Source: Daphnia carinata (lineage: Eukaryota). Taken from it: DNA of 64,000 bases. Numbering within the stretch: position 1 is the stretch's first letter; each line of letters opens with the position of its first letter. Under the pieces are notes generated by a model, which had not been told where the DNA came from, did no database searches, and saw nothing but the letters and a program-made list of their open reading frames with translations. The stretch spans positions 3,968,001-4,032,000 of the forward strand of contig NC_081333.1 in the NCBI RefSeq assembly GCF_022539665.2, given 5' to 3'. Both the position numbers and the translations under genes were made by a program. Below are positions 53,501-64,000 of this stretch, piece by piece.

Positions 53501-56015
53501 GGGAAAAAAAAAACAAAAGAAAAACAAAAATAGGGTGATGGGTGTGGTGTCTCTTACTTGTCGTAGTGTTTGACGGGGCATCGAATCTTGACTTGAGTGC
53601 CCTTGAAAACGGTGGCTTTCCCGCCGATTTTCAGCGTCACTTTTTTCTTGGATTGGCTTTGCTGCACAAAGTTCTGATTGGTCGACTGGATTTTAGGCAG
53701 GTCCAGCCCAAGTGGCGACCTCTCTGGAGCGCTGGCGGAAGTTGTCGTCACTCTCGTTTCTTCCTCTTGCTCGTCGGCCGCTCGGCTGTTGCTCGTGCAC
53801 GGCTTGCCGGTGTTGCACGGCTTCGATTCGGCCGGCCTCGACGTCGGGTTGCAATGATTGGCCGTCTTGGTCAACACCTGACCGAGGGCCAGCAATTGCT
53901 GGCACGAAACTTTGCGCACTTTGAAGCCGCCGTCGCACGTCGACGAACACTGTGTATCGAATACGGAAAATCAATTGGACTTGGTTTGGTCAAAATCAAA
54001 TGGGAAGCTTTAAATTAATTATAACTTTTCCCGACACGAAAAGGTACAGGTATCGATCTAATATACATAGCATGTGCGATGAAAAAGGGACGGAGAGGCT
54101 TGGCTAATTCAAAGTGATCGACCCAAATGCTGAAATCCATCAATTCCATTTGATTTCAACATTCAATCGACAAAAAAATAAAAAATAAAACCGGAAGGCG
54201 GATCGAGAATTATTTTATAACATTAGGTCATCATCATGGGGCGTTCGATTCACATTCCACGTGTAGGTTTTGCGTTTTGTAACACAAAACCCCCCCCGAA
54301 CACAAAAATCCCCTCCGTTTCACAATGCAGGGACTCTCCCCCTCCCCTTTCCTTTTTTCCGGATTCACCGTAATAATCCGAGAGTTGCCTTGGGTTCCTT
54401 TAATGAATGATTGATTAGCTAGAGGGGCAAGTCAACAAACACGCGATCTGATGAACCCCGCACACCCCTCCACTTCTTGGCTCTCTCTCTGCTATTTGAT
54501 GCCCCAAGGCATCAGATGGCCAGCAGCCGGGCCAACCAAAAAAAAAAAAAACCCAGTCAAAAACAAACAACGAGCGTTTGACAGACGACACCGCAGGGCG
54601 CCCTATCACTTGACTTGATTTGAATAATAATAATATAATAATAATAAATAAAACTAAAAATACCTGGCTCCATTCGCCCGTCTTCCACTCGACCGGGCAG
54701 TCGATCATGTTGCAAAATTGCTGGGCACGAGGCGGCGGCTGGGGGCAGAGGTCGGCGCCGACGGGCAGCGTATTGCTACCGCCTCGGGCCACCTCGTGGA
54801 TGCAGTGGACTTCGCGAGTTTGGACGCCGCCGCCGCACGAGCGGCTGCACGACGAAAAATCGGACGTGTTCCATCTCGGCGGGCACGGCACGTCGTTGCA
54901 CGTGCGCGTTATAGCGTCCGGCCTGCGGTCCATCGGGCAAAGGTGCGGACTAACTCGCACTCCGTCCTGCTCCCGGACGCACTCAATAATGGATTCCTGC
55001 ACTCCTAATAACAAAAAACAAAACAAAATTGAATGAAATATCAAAATCTTCGGTGAGACGATGGACGGCTGCGAGCAGCAGAAGGCCATTCAAAATTGAA
55101 TTGCTGTCGAGATCAAATAAAAGACGAGAAACGAAGAGCAACAGCAAAATAATAAAAGAAAAGGGCGCGGAAATGTCCGCATAGATGCGCATATCTACTC
55201 GATACCATTTTCCGACTAGCCAAAACTCTGCAAAAAAAAAAAAAAAAAGGGTAAAACGCGGGCGGGAGTTTATACACGCAGCCGAGAGACGGGTATTGAT
55301 TATAAAAAGAAAAAGGAAAGAAAGCGGACCAAGAGGCGAAACTCGCATATAGCGGAGCTGCGCTTTAAAAAAAGGAAGGGGGGAGACGTTGAATTGAAGG
55401 CCAAAAAAAAAAAGAATAAAATAAAATAAAATAAAATAAAATAAAATAAAATAAAATAAAATACCTCCGAGACAAGATGCGCTGCATTGCGAAAATCCCG
55501 ACGATTTCCACGTATGGGCGAGCAGCGGGGCCGTAACTGACGGCGGGGCTGAATAGGACGGTTTCGTTACCGTGACTGGCCCGCCACTGGCGCTGCCGCT
55601 CGTCAGCTCCATTTTCGTGGCCGTCCTTAGATCTTCCACCGGTTTGCGAGTGCCCAGCATCAGCTTGTAATTGGATTGGTCGCTGAATTGGCCAATCCAC
55701 GGCTCGTACCTTCACGGGATGGAAACACGCGACAAGAACAAAAAAAAAAAAATGCAAATTAAACAAAAGGCCGCAGTGTTTTTTTTTTTTTAAACATTTA
55801 AAAATAGAAAACATTTTTACTTGTTGGATAGGCTGCAAGGTCTCATAAAACAAGGTTCAATTTCGGCCGGTTTAAGTCCAGGGCATTCCTTGTCCGGCAA
55901 CTTGGCGATCGTCTTGGAGAATTCCAGAAAGATTTTACAGTGAACTTCGCGGTCCCGGGTGCCGTCTCCGCAAGTCACCGAACACGGACTCCATTCGCCG
56001 GCGATGAAACTGTCG

Positions 56016-56050
<35 letters not shown>

Positions 56051-59016
56051 CGATTTTTTATGTTGGGGTGGGCGGCGGGGGGAAAGGTTGTTTGTTATGG
56101 TTGTGCAATAAGATCCATTTTTTTTTCCGGCGGGAAAGGGATAGGTTTCAAAAAATTCGAAAGGTTGTGATTTCGAAAAAAAAAAAAAATATATATAAAA
56201 ATTTAAAATCAAAATGAGGATAGATGAAAACAAAAGAACAACAACTTTCTACGATGAGTTAACACGAGATTTAAAAAAAAAAAAAACGGTTGAATCATTT
56301 CGATTTTGTGTGGTTTCTCGGTGCAATTTGCATAACGATCAATAATTTCAAAAAAAAAAAAAAAACGAAAAACCAACGTGAAATGATGTGTGCTGCTGCC
56401 AAAAGGCAAGTGAACGAATTGGCAATGCCGCAAGATTCCAAATCCTCATGCCATATTTAAATTAAAAAAAAAAATAAAAATAAAAATAAGACAATCCAAT
56501 TTTTGTGTTGGCATTCGATTGCAGATTGAGGTGCAATCAAACCACAACGGTGATGTCAAAACAAAGTGCTGTAGTGAAAGAAGTGCTCGATAGATTGTGC
56601 TGTTTTTTTTTATTTTGGGGGAGGGGGGCAATAGGGTAGGGATCTAAAGACGATCGGTTCGTTTTGAAAATAAAAAAAAAAAATAAAAAAAAATGGAGGG
56701 TTAAATCGCTTCGGGGTTTGAGTGCGGCGCAAAACACAACTGTGTGCGGGAGGAAAACTATTTCCTTCCCGCCGACTTAATCGAATTTTGGAAGTCCCGT
56801 ATATATTCACAAATATTCGGGTTTGGGTGTTCGGTGGATATCGAAATGAAGGAAAAGACACGAGAAAAAAAAATAAAGAAATAAGAAAGAAATCAAAACT
56901 AAAGATCGAAACCTAATGATGCGATATGTCTTTTTGAAAACAAAAAAAAAAAAAAAATGAAAAGGTGATGTGCATGAAATGCAAATACTTTTGATAGAAC
57001 AAAAAAAAAAAAAAAAAAAAAATGTTTGGCTTGTTTGTTCAATACCTTTTGTAAAACCAGCCGCAAGCGTAATACAACGCCAGACTGCAAACAATTTAAA
57101 AAAAAAAAAAAAGGCAACGTTGGAAATTGACAAAATAAAAAAAAAATAAAAAAAAATAATTTTAAATAAATAAAATTAAAAAAAAAAAAAAAATGTGATG
57201 TTTCATATGAAGACGTTCGGAATGATGTGCGTTTAAAACGGGGATGGTTGTTGTTTTGTTGTTGTTGTCATTTTTGACGTGTTTTTTTTGTTTGTTTTTT
57301 TTTTTCCAAATATTGCGAATAGAGATGTAAAGAATGGAGTGGGATGAACGAGAAGAGAGAGAGAGAGAGAGAGAGAAATCAAAAGAGAAGGAGAAAAGAT
57401 GAGTTTCACTTGCCACCAGCAGCACAAATGGTCGATTTCAGAATAAAAGCAGAAAACACCGTGTCAATAAAAAAAAAACAAAAAACAAAAGACGTCAGAT
57501 CAATTCGTCGACATTCGAGCGCCAAAGAAAATTAAAAACAACGACACACAGACACAACACACAGATAGACAAACCCTGTAGGTGTTCATCTTTGAAAAAA
57601 AAAATTAAATAAATTAGAAATTAGAAAATGAATTGTGCGCAGTGTTAACCTCCTCCCCCTCTGCCACGTATCGACCATCCTTCACGTACTTAAAATGCTC
57701 ACATACTCAAATACTCTCATTTCATTATTTCATATTTTTTTTTTTGAATTTTAAATTTCGCGCCCTGAATTTTTGATTTTTTTTTTCCATTCGATTTGAG
57801 GGAGGGAAGTGAGCGGTGCGGATCGGCAATAAAAACGCAGTAAATAAATGGACGGTGTGTGTGTGTGTGTGTGTGTGTGACATCGGGTCGCGCACCGTGT
57901 CCGTGTATGTTTACTTACGTAGGATCGGTGGGTACGAGACTGATCTCGCCGACTTGCAGCTTCTCAGAGAGCAGGGCCGATGGAACGGAACCGCTGGAAA
58001 TGGAGCCGGTCGGCTGTTGGACCAAAACGCCCTTCAGTTCCTTCTCGTCCTCCTCCTTTTCGTCCTCCTCCTCCTCCTCATCGCCGTCGTCAAACAGGCT
58101 GAACGGTGTCACTTCATATTCAAAAACGATAAACATTTCAAATTTGAATATCCATTTTTTTTTTGTATGCAAATTTTAAAGCGAATTCAAACAAACAAAA
58201 AAAAATTGGAATTACCTTTTTGCCTGGGCGGTCGATTGGGGGCCGTGACTGTGGTCGGCGGGGCAACCGTGGACGGGCAGGCCGGCTGAGACGGGCACTG
58301 CCGGCTCGTTTGTGGCTGATCTTGTGGTCGGCAGGCATTTGTCACGTGACCACGCGCGTCACGACAGACCACAACTCGCGTTTGAACGCCACCGTCTCCG
58401 CACGACGTCGAACACTTTCATTTCATTCAATCACAAATTAAAACAAATAATAAAAAAAAATAATTAAATTTCTCTCGACATTCGATAGTCTTTTTTCTTT
58501 CTTTTTTTTTTTTTTTTTCAAAAATCAATTCATATAATTTGAACGAGATAATTACGACTCCTGAATTTCAATTTACTACGACAACTTCCTCCCCCCTCCC
58601 TCCCCCCAACTTTTACTCTGCGTCCATTAATTCATTCCTCCGTCCGGTTTTAACCGTACCCCAGAGGGAGTAGAGGACCAAGTTGATGAGGTTCGTTGAT
58701 TGCGGGGAGCGTCAAAGAGTTTGAACTAACCAAAGGAAAAAAAAAAAAAAAAAAAAAAAATTGTGAAAGGGACCGTTGCGAACGAATCGGTTGGAGGATT
58801 AGAGCGGTCGACTAACCCCGCCGCATCCAAGCGCATGCAAATGTGGCAATGTCTCAACCCTCCCACAAAAAAAAAATTTAAAAAAAAAATGTACCAACTT
58901 CCCTATTTCATTTTCTCTCTCCAATTTAAAGCATTTTTACTCGGGTACTCTTACAGTCAATAGAACTTGAACGTCTAAACGCATCGTTGAGAATGGGATC
59001 TTTTGGATATTGGTAG

Positions 59017-59047
<31 letters not shown>

Positions 59048-62000
59048 ATTTTTTTTTTTCAGATCAAACGGAAATAGGATCCTCACTTCTTCTTTTTTTT
59101 TTTTTTTTTTTGTATTGTGTTGCAACTTTCTTTTTCGAAACTATTGATGTTATTCAAATGATGTGTCGTGTGTGTGTGTGGGTGTGTTAGTTGGGGGCTA
59201 TTATGGGAACGTACTAACGGTGCGAGTTCAACTACTTTTTCAATGGTGTCAAATGCGGGGGGATGTGTTCTGAAAGTGTTCCATGACAACGGAGCGCCGC
59301 TTTTTTTTTTTTTTTTTTTTTTGCAGTTAGTGCAATGTCACGCAACATCAAAGGCTTCTTTAACTCACGCACAAGAACGTTCTTGCCCCCCCCCTTTACC
59401 CGCAATTTCTTTTTCTGTGCGTACAATTCACAATTTAAGAAAAAGGGCGGGTAATTTGAAAATGAAATTGAAAAAAAAAAAAAAGGGGGGGGGGGACCAG
59501 AAATTTTGAACGAAGCGACAAAGATGTTGAACAAAAATGTCCGCCTGTCAGAGACGCCCCCCTCCCTTTTCATCATGCGAATCACAAGGAGGACGATTGT
59601 GCTTTCAAATTCAGTGGTGAAACGACTAATTGAGCCAAGTTCAAAACCAAGTCACACATTTAAAGGTGACCATCATCTTTGATGACGAAATGAAATTTTA
59701 TGTTTTGATGCTTACCTGAGACCAAGGACCTTGGAACCAACTGGGACAGTCGTGGGTGTTACAAGGTTCGTGAGTGCGAGCCTTATGACCAATGAGGGCC
59801 GAGCAAATGACGTCGTCCACCTTTAAAAAGAGAGGATTTTATTTTTGTTTGTTTTGTTTTGTTTTTCGTTTAAATTTTATATCATGAAAAATTGCGTAGG
59901 TTTGAATTCAGCTTTTATTTATTTATTTATTATTTTTTTTTTTACCTTGCTGTTATTGCGTCCCTGTTGGCAATAGACGCGACGCTCCTTGGTCCCACCT
60001 CCGCACGTCACGGAACAGGCCTCCCACGGGCCGACGATCCACCTATTTTTCAAGAAAATAAAAATTTATTTTTATTCGTGTAACATTAAAATCTCATTTG
60101 CCTTTTCTTTTTTTTTTTTTTTTTTTTTTTAAACCGAAAAAAAAAACAAAAAACATGTGGAGTTTCAGGGTGATTGCCTCGAGCATCAAACGTTGAATAT
60201 TTCAAGAGCAAACAAGCCATCCCTTCTCTTCCCCCCCCCACCCCGTCCGCTAACAAATCAATTGTGTAAACAGAAAAAGAAAAAAAAAGAAAAGAAAATG
60301 TCATCGATGAATCGAAATAGCGCGACATAAATTGACAAGATGCGACGTTGTCATATTTAAGGATAGAATCCCGACGAGAGGAGCTTGTCGGTGCACCTGA
60401 TTTCGACGTCACACTAAATCAATCATTGACGTACTTTCTCTTTAATAACGAGCTGTTTTGTTTGTTTTTTAAACCCATATCGCGTAACGATATCAAACAC
60501 AAGAGAAATCTTCTCGGTGCTCCCCCCTCCCGCCCCAACGAAAATTAAAATCCCGCGCACGCAAATAAATAAATAAATAACGATCCCGACGAGATGAAAC
60601 GCTGTGCATGCGTGAAAAAAAAACGAAAAGGAACAGATCTGGTTGTATAAACCACTCATGTCTGTTCTAACAAGATTTCATTTTTGTTTTTGTTTTTCTC
60701 CTTCATGTTTTCTTATAGAGTTCAACTATGCTCATTACTTATTCGCCATTTTCTTCTTTAAATTGAATTAAAAAAAGAAAAACATTTGGAGGCTTTTTTT
60801 TTTTTTTTTTTTTTTAAACTTATTGGGTCGATAAGAAAAGAGCCAATCACGAAAAGGGAAGAACATTTTTTGAAAATTCACTTACTTTGGAGGACAAGGA
60901 TCGGTGTGACACTGGACGATTTTGGGCGCCGGTCGATTCGATGGGTCGCACAACGTCTGATCGTGCACCTCTAAACCGGTCACGGCATCCCTGCAAATGA
61001 TTTCGACTTCCTGTTCACCTAGAGAGAAAAAAAAAAAAAATGCAAATGTCGTTCTGATTTCAATTCAAACAAAAACGAAATTCGGATCATCGTCTGCTAT
61101 TTTGCCATAATAATATTTCAAAAAAAAGTCTTATTATTTCGTTCTTTTTTTTTTTTTTGTTTTCGTTGTTGAATCGATACGACAAAGGCTAACGCAGAGG
61201 TACGTGATAGACGGTGAACGTGATACCCCTACCCTACCCTTTCCACCTCTTTCATCATTCCCAGACTCGTTGACGTAGCGTTTTTTTTCTCTTCTTCTTC
61301 TTCTTCTCCCTGCTCCCCCCCCACTTCCTCCAGCGTGACACTTATTATATTTCTATTTTCGTTTGTAGCCCAGTGTGCGAGTGCACGAAACGTCTTGCTG
61401 ATTAACGTCAACAAGATCCGACCAACTTCTCGTGATTTTTTCCTTTCCTTTTTGATTATTATTTTTTTTTTTTCTCGTTATCTCCCGTCTTCGCGGATGC
61501 AGTTTCACGTTACTTTCTTTTAATACATATATACAGTATATATATATATCTAAGATTAAAAGAGAAAGAAGTGCATTATTATGTTACCTCCGTCGCAGGA
61601 CGCAGTGCAGGTGGAGAGACGGTGGCCAAAGTCCCATCGGTAGCCGACGACGAGGTCGTCGCTGCTGTCGGCGCACGTCGATCCATCGCCGCCGCACACT
61701 CCGCAAGCGTCCACTTTCGAATCAGAGTTCAATTGCAGATCGCATCCCACTGGCTGTTTTTTTTTTTTTTGTTTTTTTGTTTTTTGTTTTTTAAAAATAA
61801 ATAGAGCAATGAAAATGATGTTATTTAACAATCGATTTCGTTTTTTTTTTTTTTCACGCAGATCAAAAAAAAAAAAATAATAATATGAATATGAAATGAC
61901 CCCACAAATATTCAAATTACTTTGATCGATATTTGTTATGGAAGAATGCTGCGAAAAGAAGGCGAGCCAAAAAAAAAAGAAAAAACGTTTTTAAACGTTG

Positions 62001-64000
62001 ATGATGGCGCGTGCCAAATCGTTTTTTTTTTGGGGGGGGGGGGGTTAGGATTGAGAAAAAAAAAAAAGAAGAGGATCTTCAGGATCGATGTGTACATGTC
62101 AATGAACTCTAACTCCCCTCTCTCCCTCCTTCCAAATGGCAATTGATTTAGAAAAAGCTTTTTTAAACAAAAAAAAAAAAAAAGGCGAAATGTGCGGACG
62201 TGTTTTTCCCGTCGATTGGGTGGAATGAACGAAAATGGGACGTGCCGAAATAAAAATAATAAAAAAAAAAAAAAAAAAAAAAAAAAGGGCGGGAGGATCA
62301 TCTTTTATTTCAATTTGCTGAGAGCGCGGCGAGGAGGATAGGAGCTGCCCGAAGAGCTGTCAACAGGATCTGAAGAGTTATAAAGTACAATCCAATCTCA
62401 TAGATGACATCCTCTTCCATCAACTCGTGTCGACTAAAGCTCCAGCGCTCCCCCACCACCTCCCCCCCCCACACACCCAACTATAAAAAAAAAAAAAAAA
62501 ATCCCCACTCGTTTTTTTATTATTCAATTTTTTTTTTATAAGGAAATTTCTAGACTGGAACACACACAAAAAAAAACAAAAAAACATTGATATTGTTCCA
62601 GTAATAGGGTGGACACACTACAACGCAATATCGGATAGTGCCAAGAAAAAGACGAGGGGGACATGTGTAGAATACAAGTCGAGCAAACGTCTCCACATAA
62701 AGATGGATCAAGTCCTATCCCATTTTTTTCTTTAGCTTCTTATGTCTCTGCCTTACTACACACACACACACAGAGAGAGAGAAAGAAAGAGAGAGAGAGC
62801 GCATTTGATATTTATTATGCGTCGCTATCCCAGTGAGTGGTGAAGGGTGGGGTGGGGGGGAAAGCTTTATTCCGGGCAACGTTCCAGCAAATGCACGCCG
62901 AGTCATCGCGAAAGAAAACGATCTAATATTAAGATCTCGCAGAGGCAAACACACACACACACACACACAAAAAAGAAGGAAATGTTATTTTTTTTTTGTT
63001 GTTGTTGTTGTTGTTGTTTGTTCTAGTTGTTGCTGTTACAAAAGACATGACGACAAAAATCACCACTCGACCTTTTTTTTTTTCTTCCTCCCCCCTCCAT
63101 CCGCTTAGATTTGTTTTTCTTGTGTTCCAAATGTTTTATTTTTATTTTTATTTTTTTTTTGGATTATTCTTTTAGAAAAAACCTTCGCTTTCTTTTTCTT
63201 TACTGTCGCTCTCTCTCTCTCTCTCTGTGTTCTACTCGGCATATCGGAGCCCTCCCAAATATTGATTCATCCATCTATATAGACAAACTGGGGGCTTGAT
63301 GGCAGGGGGGGGGGGAGCTCTTGTTAATATTTGCCCATTCTTCTTCCTTTCGTTTTTTTTTTTTATGATTATTATTATTCCTCTTTTTTTTTATATACAT
63401 ATTTTTAAGGGGGAGGGGGGGGGGGAACTGTTTCCGCCTTAAAGGTCTTGCGTGTGTGTATGTGTGTTATGCCGGCAAAAGATAAATAGATATCTCTTTA
63501 TCTCTTGTCGTATGAGACAAATTGATTTTGTTTTTTTTGTTTTTTTTTTTTTTTTCTCTTTTCTTTTGTTTTCTCGAGAAATAGAAACGAGTTGAAGAGA
63601 AAAAAAAAAAAAAAAAAAAAAGAGAGACTAACCTGACAGATTCCATCAATGCACATGTCCAAACTGCCCGGATTGCAACGCGTTCCATCGTGAACGCGGG
63701 CCGCGTGCTGGACGACCAGCGACGTGTTGACAGCCCGGCACGAAAGCGAACACGTCGGCGTGCTTTTATCCATGATCGGTACCCAATTGTATAATTTGCC
63801 CTTTTTAATTAAAAAAAAAAAAATAATAATAATAATAATAATGTAATTTAATTATTAAATCACATTTTTTTTTTTTTTTTTTCTTAATGAAGCAAAACAA
63901 AACACGCACGAAAAATGCGTCGTGTTTTAAGAGAAAAACTGGGTCAAACCCATTCGTACCTGGTAAGGTATGCTGTTGTAATTTTGGCACTGCTGCAACC
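45104..64000 (-). CDS. madd-4: ADAMTS-like protein of the madd-4/punctin (ADAMTSL1/3, Drosophila nolo) type, 5'-partial; exons 63960->64000, 63633-63800, 61588-61753, 60886-61018, 59946-60042, 59716-59820, 58216-58414, 57919-58111, 55821-56009, 55465-55709, 54664-55004, 53558-53949, 53291-53418, [53117-53209 + 52648-52991] or [51262-51773], 49444-49672, 48568-48891, 48297-48445, 47283-47376, 47062-47115, 45104-45327
   Basis: ADAMTS Cys-rich module ([32 protein letters not shown]), many TSP1 repeats ([17 protein letters not shown]), one Ig domain (IRCP..ISW..DSGVYSC), further TSP1 repeats and a C-terminal PLAC ([19 protein letters not shown]). The splice phases are consistent. Exact orthology is inferred from domain architecture. 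Confidence 0.85.
47442..47533. repeat. (GA)n and (TAG)n intronic microsatellites
   Basis: Read directly from the sequence. Confidence 0.85.
55416..55462. repeat. (ATAAA)n pentanucleotide microsatellite next to an ADAMTSL splice donor
   Basis: About 9 perfect units read directly. Confidence 0.9.

Overview
Intron-rich eukaryotic DNA, probably a crustacean such as Daphnia (inferred from the many ~60-80 nt GT-AG introns, the AT-rich homopolymer tracts and the gene content). Left to right: (1) HAUS6/dgt6 augmin subunit (+, 10 exons). (2) A minus-strand tandem array of insulin-like receptor (InR) genes: an intact copy A (20 exons, ~1582 aa), a heavily deleted chimeric pseudogene, and an intact copy B (20 exons, ~1591 aa). 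A 463-bp MITE lies in the spacer before copy B. (3) A COA1-family mitochondrial assembly factor (+). (4) A 4-exon orphan gene (-) encoding a signal-peptide-bearing, probably GPI-anchored, Glu-Pro-repeat and Asp/His-rich protein. (5) The 3' ~19 kb of a madd-4/punctin-type ADAMTS-like gene (-), which runs off the right edge. Most notable observations: the two InR paralogs are nearly identical over the ligand-binding L1 region, including intron sequence, but differ in signalling motifs (copy A has a 1-aa activation-loop insertion and a C-tail YxxM); the ADAMTSL gene appears to have frame-enforced mutually exclusive exons completing its Ig domain; and the procyclin-like GPI protein. No RNA genes, CRISPR arrays or prokaryotic systems were seen. 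Exon coordinates were read by hand from GT/AG sites and reading-frame continuity, and similarity statements are by-eye estimates.
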